This document shows, piece by piece, positions 29,587-39,228 of a stretch of 64,000 nt of DNA. Numbering within the stretch: position 1 is the first letter of the stretch; every line of letters starts with the position of its first letter. Location: assembly GCA_963783385.1 (NCBI GenBank), contig CAWANJ010000009.1, positions 448,001-512,000 on the forward strand, written 5' to 3'. This stretch comes from an uncultured Gemmatimonadales bacterium (GTDB lineage: Bacteria > Gemmatimonadota > Gemmatimonadetes > Palauibacterales > Palauibacteraceae). The position numbers and the translations under genes were made by a program. Below the pieces are notes generated by a model. It was given only the letters and a program-made list of their open reading frames with translations. It did no database searches and was not told where the DNA came from.

Positions 29587-30656
29587 GGAGACTGACGGTG
29601 AGCGGGCGCGCCGCAGGGAAGGGCGCCGCGGTGGGCGCGCTGCTCCTGAGCGTCGCGTGGGCCGGCTGCGATCGCGGCGAGCCGGGCCGCGTTTCCCCGC
29701 CGGAAGGCGCGGCGGACGTGGTGACGGCGCCGGCGACGTTGGGACCGGCCACGGCCTCGTACCCGGCCACCGTCGTGTCGACGGACAAGGCGCAGCTGGC
29801 CACCCGGACGAGCGGCACCGTGCGGCGCGTGCCGGTCGACGTGGGAAGCGTCGTGCGCGCCGGGGACACCCTGGTGGTCCTCGACGGCGGCGACGTCGAG
29901 GCCAGGATCCGGAGCGCGCAGGCCGCGGCGAGCCGGGCCAGCCGCTACTACGATCGCATCGCCTCGCTGGAGAAGGATGGAGCGGCCACCGGGCAGGAGC
30001 TGGACGACGCCCGCGCCGGGATGACGATGGCCGAAGCGGGCCTCCAGGAGGCGCGGGCCCAGCGAGGCTACGTCGTCCTCCGGGCCCCGTTCGCGGGGGT
30101 GGTGGCGGCACGCGACGTGGACCCGGGCGACCTGGCCATGCCGGGTCGCCCCGTGCTGCGTCTGGTCCGTCCGGGGTCGCTCAAGGTGGTGGCGGACCTG
30201 CCGGGCGAGGTCCGCGGCGACCTGTCCAGGGGGACCGCGGTCACGTTCGTGGATCCCTCCACGGGTCGGAGCGTGGCGGGCCACGTGACCCGTGTGTCGC
30301 CGGCGCTCGAGCCGGCGAGCCGCCGGGTGCGGGTCGAGGCGCGTCCGGACGCGGGGGTGGGAGAGAGCCTTCCGGCGCCGGGCTCCTTCGTGCGGCTGGC
30401 GCTCACCCGCCCCGGCCGGAGCACGCTGTGGGTGCCGGACGACGCGATCGTTCGCCGCGGCCAGCTCGAGGGCGCGTTCGTGGTCGAGGGGGACACCCTG
30501 CGGCTGCGCTGGCTCCGGACCGGCGAGACACGGGTGGGGGCGGTCGAGGTGCTCGCGGGCCTGGAGGCCGGGACGCCCGTCGTCCGCCGTCCGGCCCCGA
30601 CACTGGAGGACGGGCAGCCGGTCGGACGTCGCAGCGCGGAGCCGTGGACGCCATGA
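29583..30656 (+). CDS. RND efflux periplasmic adaptor (MFP)
   Basis: Lipobox AGC; VDVGSVVRAGDTL, LRAPFAGVV. Confidence 0.92.
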   Translation: MRRLTVSGRAAGKGAAVGALLLSVAWAGCDRGEPGRVSPPEGAADVVTAPATLGPATASYPATVVSTDKAQLATRTSGTVRRVPVDVGSVVRAGDTLVVLDGGDVEARIRSAQAAASRASRYYDRIASLEKDGAATGQELDDARAGMTMAEAGLQEARAQRGYVVLRAPFAGVVAARDVDPGDLAMPGRPVLRLVRPGSLKVVADLPGEVRGDLSRGTAVTFVDPSTGRSVAGHVTRVSPALEPASRRVRVEARPDAGVGESLPAPGSFVRLALTRPGRSTLWVPDDAIVRRGQLEGAFVVEGDTLRLRWLRTGETRVGAVEVLAGLEAGTPVVRRPAPTLEDGQPVGRRSAEPWTP

Positions 30657-33600
30657 AGGGGGGGTTGGCCGGCCGCATCGCCGACGCGTTCCTGATGTCC
30701 AAGCTCACGCCCCTCCTCCTGGCGGCGGCGCTCGGCCTCGGGCTGTATGCGGCGTTCACGATCCCGAGCGAGGAGGAGCCCCAGATCTCGGTGCCTCTGG
30801 CGGACATCTACGTCGGGATGCCGGGAGCGAGCCCGAGCGAGGTGGACCAGCGGCTCCTCGTCCCGCTCCAGGGCGTGCTGTCCGGCATCGAGGGCGTCGA
30901 GTACGTGTACACGCACGCCCAGGAGGGCATGGGGCTCGCCACGGTGCGCTTCCAGGTGGGCCGCGACCTGCAGCGCAGCCAGGTGAAGCTGTTCGCCGAG
31001 CTGGCCCGCAACGCCGACCTCATGCCGGCCGGGTCGTCGCCGCCCCTGGTCAAGACCGTCACCATCGACGACGTGCCGTTCTTCACCCTGTCGCTTTCGG
31101 GCCCGGGTTATACGCCCTACCAGCTACGCTCTCTGGCCGAGGAGCTCCGTCCCCGTCTGCAGACGGTGTCGGACGTCCGAGACGTGACCATCTCCGGGGG
31201 CCAGCCCCGCGAGATCCGGGTCGAGCTGGACCCGGCCCGGCTGGCGGCCAATGGCCTCGATCCGGCGGCCGTGGTCGATCGGATCCGCATGGCCAACGTT
31301 CAGGTCGATGCCGGAGACTTCTCCGCCGGGGATCGCGTGGTTCACGTCCAGGCGGGGCCCTTCCTGCGTTCGGCCGAGGACGTGAGGAACGTCGTGCTCG
31401 ACGTGCGCGACGGCCGCCTGGTCCAGGTCGGCGGCGTGGCGACGGTCACGGACGGACCGGCGGAGATCCAGGATTACGCCTTCGATGCGGAGCGCGGCTC
31501 GCCGCCCGAGCCCGTCGTCACTCTGGCCGTGTCCAAGCGCCCCGGCGCCGACGCCACGCAGGTGGGGCGAGCGCTCGAGCACCGGGTGGACGAGCTCCGG
31601 GGCCGGGTGATCCCCGACGCGGTTCACGCGCGGGTCACCCGGAACTACGGAGAGACGGCGCGCGACAAGGTCTCGACCCTCAAGCTGCACCTCCTTCTGG
31701 CCATCGGCGCCGTGGGTCTCGTGGTGCTCCTGTCGATGGGTTGGCGCAGCGCTCTGGTCGTGATGACGGCGGTGCCGGTCACCTTCGCGCTCACGCTGCT
31801 CGTCTACAAGCTGTTCGGCTACACGCTGAACCGCGTGACGCTGTTCGCCCTCATCTTCGTCACGGGCATCGTGGTCGACGACTCGATCATCATCGTCGAG
31901 AACATGCACCGGCACTTCGCCATGCGGGACCGACCCCTGCGCGCGGCGGCCCGGGCCGCGGTCGACGAGGTCGGCAACCCGACGATCCTGGCCACCCTCA
32001 CCGTGATCGCGGCCGTACTGCCCATGCTGTTCGTCTCCGGCCTCATGGGACCCTACATGAGTCCCATGCCGATCGGCGCGTCCCTGGCCATGATCTTCTC
32101 CCTCATGGTCGCTCTCGTCGGCGCCCCGTGGCTGGCTTATCGACTGCTCGGGCACGAGGACTCCGCGGAGGGGCACGACGAGGTTCCGGGCGGGCCGGCG
32201 GCGGCGGTCCAGGACACCCGCATGTACGCCATCTACCGGCGCATCATGGATCCTCTCCTGGCCAGCCGCCGCCGCATCGTGCTGATGCTGGCGGGCGTGG
32301 CGGTGCTGCTCGTGGGCGCCGCCGGGCTGTTCCTGGTGCGGCTGGTGTCGGTCAAGATGCTCCCGTTCGACGACAAGAACGAGATGCAGGTCATCGTCGA
32401 CATGCCGGAGGGCACCACGCTGGAGACCACGACGGCGCTGGCGGACCGTCTCCAGCGGATCACGCTGACCGTCCCCGAGGTCCAGGACGTCCAGACCTAC
32501 GCGGGAACGGCCGCCCCCTTCAACTTCAACGGACTCATCCGTCACTACTACCTGCGGCGCGGGCCCACGGTGGCCGACCTCCAGGTGAACCTGGTGGACA
32601 AGTCGAAGCGGAGCGCCGAGAGCCACGACATCGCCCTGCGGCTGCGCCCGCTCGTGGACAGCGTGGCCGCGGCGTCGGGGACCGGCGCGCGGGTCAAGGT
32701 CGTCGAGGTCCCACCCGGTCCTCCCGTCCTCTCGACGCTGGTCGCGGAGGTGTACGGCGAGGATTCGGGCGAGCAGGTGGCGGTGGCCCGCCAGGTCCGC
32801 GAGCTGTTCGAGAAGCACCCGTCGGTCGTCGACGTGGACTGGTCGCTGCGCGCGCCGCAACGCGAGATCCGCTTCGACGTGGACGGCGAGAAGGCGGCCC
32901 TGAGCGGGGTGGCTCGCGGCAGCGTGGCCCGGGATCTCCGCATCGCCCTGTCCGGCGAGCAGGCGACCCGGATCTCCGCGCCCGAATCGCGCGACCCGGT
33001 CCCGGTGCAGGTGCAGGTGGAGGAATCGGCCCGCTCCGGACTCGACCGCCTCACGGGACTGCACATCGCCTCCCGGTCGGGCACCGTGGTGCCGCTCGGG
33101 GAGCTGGTCCGCACCCGCGAGACGACCACGCCGCAGGTGATCGACCGCAAGAACGGACAGCGGGTGGTGTACGTGACGGCCGACGTGGCGGGCGCCGAGG
33201 AGAGCCCGGTCTACGCCATCCTCGACCTCCGAAAGCAGGTCGAGAAGATCCGGCTCCCCTCGGGGGCGCACCTGGGTCAGCTGTACACGCGCGGTCCGCG
33301 CAACGTCGAGCAGCCCGTGGTGAAGTGGGACGGGGAGTGGCAGATCACCTACGAGGTGTTCCGTGACCTCGGGGTGGCCTTCGCGGGCGCCCTCGTGCTG
33401 ATCTATCTGCTGATCGTGGCGTGGTTCGGCTCTCTGACCACGCCGCTGATCATGATGGTGGCCATCCCGCTGACCCTGATCGGCATCGCACCGGGCCACG
33501 TGCTGTTCGGGGCGTTCTTCACGGCCACCTCGATGATCGGCATGATCGCGCTGGCCGGCATCATGGTGCGCAACGGGATCCTGCTGATCGACTACCTGGA

Positions 33601-33856
33601 GGCACGAACCGCGGCGGGCGTCCCGCTCCGCGAGGCGATCGTCGAGGCGGGCGCGGTGCGCACGCGTCCCATCGTGCTCACGGCGGCCACGGTGGTGATC
33701 GGGGCCATCGTGATCCTGTTCGATCCGATCTTCCAGGGCCTCGCCGTGGCCCTGATCGCCGGCGCGGTGGCCTCGACCCTCCTCACGCTCGTGGTCGTGC
33801 CGGGCATCTACTATCTCATGCGCCGCTCCGACGAGAGCGGGGAGGAGACCGCGTGA
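30653..33856 (+). CDS. RND efflux permease (AcrB/CusA superfamily)
   Basis: EEEPQISVP, GIVVDDSIIIVEN, GIMVRNGILL, RTRPIVLT. Confidence 0.95.
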   Translation: MKGGLAGRIADAFLMSKLTPLLLAAALGLGLYAAFTIPSEEEPQISVPLADIYVGMPGASPSEVDQRLLVPLQGVLSGIEGVEYVYTHAQEGMGLATVRFQVGRDLQRSQVKLFAELARNADLMPAGSSPPLVKTVTIDDVPFFTLSLSGPGYTPYQLRSLAEELRPRLQTVSDVRDVTISGGQPREIRVELDPARLAANGLDPAAVVDRIRMANVQVDAGDFSAGDRVVHVQAGPFLRSAEDVRNVVLDVRDGRLVQVGGVATVTDGPAEIQDYAFDAERGSPPEPVVTLAVSKRPGADATQVGRALEHRVDELRGRVIPDAVHARVTRNYGETARDKVSTLKLHLLLAIGAVGLVVLLSMGWRSALVVMTAVPVTFALTLLVYKLFGYTLNRVTLFALIFVTGIVVDDSIIIVENMHRHFAMRDRPLRAAARAAVDEVGNPTILATLTVIAAVLPMLFVSGLMGPYMSPMPIGASLAMIFSLMVALVGAPWLAYRLLGHEDSAEGHDEVPGGPAAAVQDTRMYAIYRRIMDPLLASRRRIVLMLAGVAVLLVGAAGLFLVRLVSVKMLPFDDKNEMQVIVDMPEGTTLETTTALADRLQRITLTVPEVQDVQTYAGTAAPFNFNGLIRHYYLRRGPTVADLQVNLVDKSKRSAESHDIALRLRPLVDSVAAASGTGARVKVVEVPPGPPVLSTLVAEVYGEDSGEQVAVARQVRELFEKHPSVVDVDWSLRAPQREIRFDVDGEKAALSGVARGSVARDLRIALSGEQATRISAPESRDPVPVQVQVEESARSGLDRLTGLHIASRSGTVVPLGELVRTRETTTPQVIDRKNGQRVVYVTADVAGAEESPVYAILDLRKQVEKIRLPSGAHLGQLYTRGPRNVEQPVVKWDGEWQITYEVFRDLGVAFAGALVLIYLLIVAWFGSLTTPLIMMVAIPLTLIGIAPGHVLFGAFFTATSMIGMIALAGIMVRNGILLIDYLEARTAAGVPLREAIVEAGAVRTRPIVLTAATVVIGAIVILFDPIFQGLAVALIAGAVASTLLTLVVVPGIYYLMRRSDESGEETA

Positions 33857-34176
33857 AGCTCATCGTGTTACTGTACCTGGAAGACGACGAGGCCTGCGTG
33901 AACGACCTGCTCGGGCGGCACGATGTGGCCGTGTTCAGCCGAACCTCCGTGGAGGGGATCGGGCCGGGGGCCCCGGGCTGGTACGGCACCGCGGCACCGT
34001 ATCGCTCCCGCATGGTGATCGCACTGGTCGAGCCCGACCTTGCACGGGAGATCCTCGAGGCGGTCGAGCGCGGTACGGGGCTCCAGGACTCCCGCCACCC
34101 CATTCACGGTCTGCAGCTCGACGTGGAGCGCCAGGCGGTGTGCGGGGGTGGCGCAGGTGAGGCGGAGGGAAGCTGA
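33853..34176 (+). CDS. P-II-like small protein
   Basis: MKLIVLLY...FSRTSVEGIG...SRMVIALVE; ~107 aa, coupled to the RND gene. Confidence 0.55.
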   Translation: MKLIVLLYLEDDEACVNDLLGRHDVAVFSRTSVEGIGPGAPGWYGTAAPYRSRMVIALVEPDLAREILEAVERGTGLQDSRHPIHGLQLDVERQAVCGGGAGEAEGS

Positions 34177-34234
34177 GGGTTCGAGCCGACGGAGGTCTCA
34201 TCCACGAAGCCGCTCCGCGCGGCAGGGGGAGCTC

Positions 34235-34447
34235 ATGACGATGGAACGCAAGATCCGGCTGATCGCCGGGACCTTCATCCTGGCCAGCCTGGCGCTGGGC
34301 TGGTGGGTGAGTCCGTGGTGGTTCCTGTTCACGGCCTTCGTGGGCGTGAACCTCGTCCAGTCTTCCATGACGAAGTGGTGCCTCATGGAGGACATCCTGC
34401 GCTGGACCGGACTCCACAGGGAGGGGCCGGCGGCCGCCGGTCGCTGA
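34235..34447 (+). CDS. DUF2892 / YgaP-like membrane protein
   Basis: ERKIRLIAG...FVGVNLVQSSMTKWCLM. Confidence 0.88.
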   Translation: MTMERKIRLIAGTFILASLALGWWVSPWWFLFTAFVGVNLVQSSMTKWCLMEDILRWTGLHREGPAAAGR

Positions 34448-34631
34448 AGCCCGCCGCCCCCGGCTCCCGGGGCCCATCGCGGGGCTCCGGGAGATCTCCC
34501 CACACCCGCCGCTTCCTTCTCCCGACGCGCGTCTCAACGCGCCCCCTACAGCCCGGTCGATAGAGTCGTCCTAGCATTCCGGTGCGCCCGCCACGGACGG
34601 GCCTCACGGCAGCCTCGACCCCGGACACCGC

Positions 34632-35132
34632 ATGAGAACGCTCTACCTCCTGAACGTGAGCCTCCACGTGCTGGCCGCGATGCTGTGGCTGGGCGGCATG
34701 TTCTTCCTGGCGGTGGTTGGAGGGCCCGCCCTCAGGAGGATCGACGACCCGGTCCTCCGGGGCCGCCTGTTCGCGGATATCGGTAGGGCCTTTCGCCGGA
34801 CCGGATGGTGGTCCATCCTCGTCATCGTCGTCACGGGGATCGGGAACCTGGGCTTCCGGGGCGTGCTGTCGAACGGGGCGATCGTGTCCCGCGCCTTCTG
34901 GGCGAGCCCTTTCGGTTATACGCTGGCCGCCAAGCTGGTCGCGGTGGCCGCCATGCTGGGCGTCAGCGCGGTGCACGACTTCGTGATCGGGCCGGCCGCC
35001 AGCCGCGCGGCGCGGGACCGGTCGCCGCGGGCCGCGACGCTGCGCTCGCGGGCGGCGTGGCTGGCGCGGATCAATGCGGGGCTCGGCGTGGCCGTGGTCT
35101 TGCTGGCGGTACGGCTGGCGAGAGGCGGCTGA
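34632..35132 (+). CDS. CopD-like/DUF4149 membrane protein
   Basis: LHVLAAMLWLGGMFF, KL.......SAVHDFVIGP; 4 TM. Confidence 0.75.
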   Translation: MRTLYLLNVSLHVLAAMLWLGGMFFLAVVGGPALRRIDDPVLRGRLFADIGRAFRRTGWWSILVIVVTGIGNLGFRGVLSNGAIVSRAFWASPFGYTLAAKLVAVAAMLGVSAVHDFVIGPAASRAARDRSPRAATLRSRAAWLARINAGLGVAVVLLAVRLARGG

Positions 35133-35206
35133 GGGTCCTCCCGGGCCGATCGCGCGTTCGACGCGGCACCCGGGCGGACGGGTCACACAGAGGGAGAGAG
35201 GGAACC

Positions 35207-38026
35207 ATGAGCAAGCGGTCGGCCGCGGGCGCAGGGCCCGCCAGCCTGGACAGCTTCGGAGCCCGCGCCACGCTGAAGATCGAGGGCGAGGGGGTCACCT
35301 ACTACGACCTGCGCGCGCTCGAGCGCGCGGGCATCGCGCGCATCTCCCGCCTGCCTTATTCGATCCGGATCCTGCTCGAGAACCTCCTCCGGCACGAGGA
35401 CGGCGACACGGTCACGGCCGATGACATCCGCGCCGTGGCCACGTGGCCGGACCGCGGCGACGAGGAGCGGGAGATCGCGTTTCGGCCCGCACGCGTCCTC
35501 CTCCAGGACTTCACGGGAGTCCCCGCCGTCGTGGACCTCGCCGCCATGCGGGACGCCATGGCGGACCTGGGGGGCGCCGCGGGCCGCATCAACCCTCTCC
35601 TTCCCTCCGAGCTGGTCATCGACCACTCCGTGCAGGTCGATTCGTTCGGCCGGCCGACGTCCTTCCAGATCAACGCCGAGAAGGAGTTCGAGCGGAACCG
35701 CGAGCGCTACGCCTTCCTGCGCTGGGGCCAGCACGCCTTCGAGAACTTCCGCGTCGTGCCACCGGACACCGGGATCGTCCACCAGGTGAACCTCGAGTAC
35801 CTGGCCCGCGTCGTGTTCGGGATCGGGGACGGCCCCGGGAGGCTGGCCTACCCGGACACCCTGGTGGGCACCGACAGCCACACGACCATGATCAACGGCC
35901 TGGGCGTGCTGGGCTGGGGAGTGGGCGGGATCGAGGCCGAGGCCGCGATGCTCGGCCAGCCCATCAGCCTCCTGTTGCCCGACGTCGTCGGATTTCGTCT
36001 CAGGGGCCATCTCGCCGAAGGCGCCACCGCGACGGACCTCGTGCTCCGGGTGACCGAGATGCTGCGCGAGAAGGGCGTGGTCGGGAAGTTCGTCGAGTTC
36101 TTCGGCCCGGGGCTCGAGACCCTGTCGCTGGCCGACCGGGCCACCCTCGGCAACATGGCTCCCGAGTACGGAGCCACTTGCGCCCTCTCGCCCGTCGACC
36201 GGGAGACGCTCGCCTATCTGGAGTTCACGGCGCGCCCGGAGCGGCGGGTGGCCCTCGTCGAAGCCTATGCCCGAGCGCAGGGGCTCTTCCACGAGCCCGA
36301 CGGAGAGGAGGCTGAGTACACGGACACGCTGGAGCTGGATCTCGGCACGGTCGAGCCCAGCCTGGCCGGTCCGCGGCTGCCCCAGGAGCGTATCCCCCTG
36401 TCGACCGCCGGGGAGGCGTTCGAGCGGGCCCTGGAGGGGCTGACGCCCGAGTCCGCCGAGGCGCACGAGACGCCCGTGTCGTCGTGGGAGTGGGAGGGCG
36501 GCGACGGGCAGCGCGGCGCGGCGGCCACCGCCACGCACCGGGGCGTCCGGGTCCAGATGGACACGAACGGCGGGACGCAGAGCTTCGAGCTGCGGGACGG
36601 GGCCGTCGTGATCGCCGCCATCACGAGCTGCACGAACACGTCCAACCCCTCCGTCATGGTCGGAGCCGGCCTCCTGGCCCGGAACGCGGTGCGGCGCGGA
36701 CTCCGGCGGCGGCCCTGGGTGAAGACGAGCCTGGCGCCAGGATCCAAGGTCGTGACCGAGTACCTGGAGGAGGCGGACCTGATGCGCCCCCTCGAGGACC
36801 TGGGGTTCAACCTGGTGGGGTACGGGTGCACGACCTGCATCGGCAACAGCGGGCCGCTCCCGCCGGAGATCAGCGAGGCCGTGCGCGAGCACGGGCTGGT
36901 GGTGTGCGCGGTTCTGTCCGGGAACCGGAACTTCGAGGGTCGGATCAACCCGGACACGCGGGCCAACTACCTGGCGTCGCCGCCCCTGGTGGTGGCCTAC
37001 GCGCTCGCCGGGCGCATGGACCTGGACCTGACCCGGGACCCGCTCGGGGAGGACGAGGCGGGCGAGCCCGTATACCTGCGGGACATCTGGCCCACGCAGG
37101 AGGAGATCCGGGAGACCATCCGCGCCGCGGTCCGCAGCGACATGTTCCGGGAGAGCTACTCGGATGTGTTCGCCGGAACCGACGCGTGGCGAAAGCTGGA
37201 GGTGCCCGAGGGCGAGCGCTTCGCGTGGGACCCCGACTCCACCTACGTGCGTCAGCCCCCCTTCTTCTTGGGGCTGCCCCCGGAGCCTCCCGAGCCCGCC
37301 GACCTGATCGGCCTGCGTGCGCTGGCCGTGGTGGGCGACTCCGTGACCACGGACCACATCTCGCCGGCCGGCGCCATCGCCAAGGACTCACCGGCCGCCG
37401 ATTACCTGCGCGAGCACGGCGTGCCACTGGCGGAGTTCAACTCGTACGGCTCCCGCCGTGGGAACCACGAAGTCATGATGCGGGGCACCTTCGCCAACAT
37501 CCGGCTCCGCAACCTCATGGTCCCCGGCGTGGAGGGCGGCTGGACCGTGCACGTTCCGAGCGGGGAGCGCATGACGATCTTCGAGGCCTCGGAGCGCTAC
37601 CGCGAGGAAGGCGTGCCCCTGCTGGTGATCGCGGGCGAGCAGTACGGAACCGGCTCCAGCCGCGACTGGGCCGCCAAGGGGCCCGCGCTCCTGGGGGTCC
37701 GGGCGGTGATCGCGCGCAGCTACGAGCGCATCCACCGCAGCAACCTGATCGGCATGGGAGTTCTCCCCATGCAGTTCCTGCCCGGAGAGGGGGCCGAGTC
37801 ACTGGGCCTCGATGGCACGGAGCGCTTCGAGGTGCACGGAATCGAGGGCGGCGTGGAGCCGGGAGCGAGGCTGACCGTGCGGGCGGAGCGGGAGGGCGGT
37901 GACACGACGGAGTTCGAGGCCATCGTGCGGCTCGACACGCGCGTCGAGGTCCAGTACTGGCGCCACGGCGGCATCCTGCAGATGGTGCTGCGGCGGCTGG
38001 TCCGGGGTGACGCCCCCGCGGAGTGA
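35207..38026 (+). CDS. acnA: Aconitate hydratase A
   Basis: LPYSIRILLENLLR, QDFTGVP, DHSVQ, GTDSHT, TSCTNTSNP, GCTTCIGNSG, GSSRDWAAKG. Confidence 0.97.
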   Translation: MSKRSAAGAGPASLDSFGARATLKIEGEGVTYYDLRALERAGIARISRLPYSIRILLENLLRHEDGDTVTADDIRAVATWPDRGDEEREIAFRPARVLLQDFTGVPAVVDLAAMRDAMADLGGAAGRINPLLPSELVIDHSVQVDSFGRPTSFQINAEKEFERNRERYAFLRWGQHAFENFRVVPPDTGIVHQVNLEYLARVVFGIGDGPGRLAYPDTLVGTDSHTTMINGLGVLGWGVGGIEAEAAMLGQPISLLLPDVVGFRLRGHLAEGATATDLVLRVTEMLREKGVVGKFVEFFGPGLETLSLADRATLGNMAPEYGATCALSPVDRETLAYLEFTARPERRVALVEAYARAQGLFHEPDGEEAEYTDTLELDLGTVEPSLAGPRLPQERIPLSTAGEAFERALEGLTPESAEAHETPVSSWEWEGGDGQRGAAATATHRGVRVQMDTNGGTQSFELRDGAVVIAAITSCTNTSNPSVMVGAGLLARNAVRRGLRRRPWVKTSLAPGSKVVTEYLEEADLMRPLEDLGFNLVGYGCTTCIGNSGPLPPEISEAVREHGLVVCAVLSGNRNFEGRINPDTRANYLASPPLVVAYALAGRMDLDLTRDPLGEDEAGEPVYLRDIWPTQEEIRETIRAAVRSDMFRESYSDVFAGTDAWRKLEVPEGERFAWDPDSTYVRQPPFFLGLPPEPPEPADLIGLRALAVVGDSVTTDHISPAGAIAKDSPAADYLREHGVPLAEFNSYGSRRGNHEVMMRGTFANIRLRNLMVPGVEGGWTVHVPSGERMTIFEASERYREEGVPLLVIAGEQYGTGSSRDWAAKGPALLGVRAVIARSYERIHRSNLIGMGVLPMQFLPGEGAESLGLDGTERFEVHGIEGGVEPGARLTVRAEREGGDTTEFEAIVRLDTRVEVQYWRHGGILQMVLRRLVRGDAPAE

Positions 38027-38241
38027 CGCCCCCCGGGGGCCCCGTGGGAATCCATCGTTTCCCGCGGGCGCGACGGGACGCCGGCCCATGCGAGCTCCTA
38101 GCAGAACCCTCGGGATTTTCGGCGCCCTGGCGGTCGCGAGGGTCGGCTGCGCGTCACCGTGTACGGCAGCCGCCGCGCCCCGACCGTGATCCGGATCTTC
38201 GACGTGGTGACGGGGCGTCTGCTCGAGGAGGAGACCCCGGG

Positions 38242-39078
38242 CTAGCCCGTCGGACCTCGCACCAGTTCCTTCAGGCCGGCCGCGTCCAGCCGCCGGCCCA
38301 CGTAGAAGGGCCCGAAGTCGGCGTATTCGGCGCTGACCTCATCGAACCGCATCTCGGTGACCAGGTGCTTGAAGTCCACCGGGTCGCCGGCGAACAGGGT
38401 GACGCCCCACTCCCAGTCATCCAGCCCCGTGGAACCGCTGATCACCTGGGACACGCGGCCGGCGTAGAGTCGGCCCGTCCCCCCGTGGTCGACCATCATG
38501 TCGTTGCGTGCCTCGAGGCCCAGACCGTACCAGTTCTGTCCGGGTGCCCGTCGCTTGTCCATCGGGTAGAAGCATAGGTAGGGCATCTCCTCGGGCTGAC
38601 TCGGATACAGCCGACCCCGGACGTACCCCTTGTCGCGCTCGGCCTGCACGGCGGCGTGCAGGCGGGCGCGGCCCTCCTGGCCTGCCGGGTCGACGCCCTC
38701 CTCCCTGAGCCTCTCCACCGTCTGGGTCGTGAGTCGGTAGAAGCCGAGCTCGACCACCGAAAGGAATTCGTAGACGGGGTCCAGCGCGTTGGCCAGGTCG
38801 GTCCACGCCACCGCATCCTCGGCGGCGGCGAGACCCTCGAGATCCGAGCGGAAGTGCAGGAGGTGGAGGTCGGCGCCGCCCCCGACGATGCGGTAGGCGC
38901 CCGACCAGCCGTCTTCGCCCAGGTCCTCCCAGTGCGACAGGAGCTCGGACAGCTCGTCGGCCAGGTGGGCACGGTCGGCAGGGGACACGGACTTCAGGGC
39001 GGGCCACGCGACCCGGAAGAACTGATGGAGGACGTACCAGCCCTCCAGCGTGAGCGGCGCGATCTGGGTACCCGGCAT
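38242..39078 (-). CDS. hemQ: Coproheme decarboxylase (HemQ/ChdC, chlorite-dismutase-like)
   Basis: TLEGWYVLHQF, FYPMDKRR, NWY.L...R..MM.DHG..GR.Y, GLDDWEWGVTLF, EMRFDEVSA. Confidence 0.88.
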   Translation of the reverse strand: MPGTQIAPLTLEGWYVLHQFFRVAWPALKSVSPADRAHLADELSELLSHWEDLGEDGWSGAYRIVGGGADLHLLHFRSDLEGLAAAEDAVAWTDLANALDPVYEFLSVVELGFYRLTTQTVERLREEGVDPAGQEGRARLHAAVQAERDKGYVRGRLYPSQPEEMPYLCFYPMDKRRAPGQNWYGLGLEARNDMMVDHGGTGRLYAGRVSQVISGSTGLDDWEWGVTLFAGDPVDFKHLVTEMRFDEVSAEYADFGPFYVGRRLDAAGLKELVRGPTG

Positions 39079-39228
39079 GGGGCTCTCCCTGAGATGGGGC
39101 GCTCGAAGCGGTCGGGAGGAAGGTGAGGCGGAGCCGTGGGTCCGGCAACGTGGTGTGGCCGGGTGGGAGACGCGGCGGCCGAGCGGGCGGAGCGGCGAGG
39201 TTGTCCGTTCGCACGCCTCGCTGGCCGA

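Noticed and set aside
30292-33499. Long alternative-frame ORFs (e.g. 30292-33366 +, 31124-33499 -, 25071-27734 +, 35183-37357 -)
   Set aside because: Shadow ORFs expected at this GC content; they overlap well-supported genes and are Arg/Pro/Gly-rich.
38027-38241. Small gene between acnA and hemQ
   Set aside because: No convincing RBS or recognisable protein; treated as intergenic.
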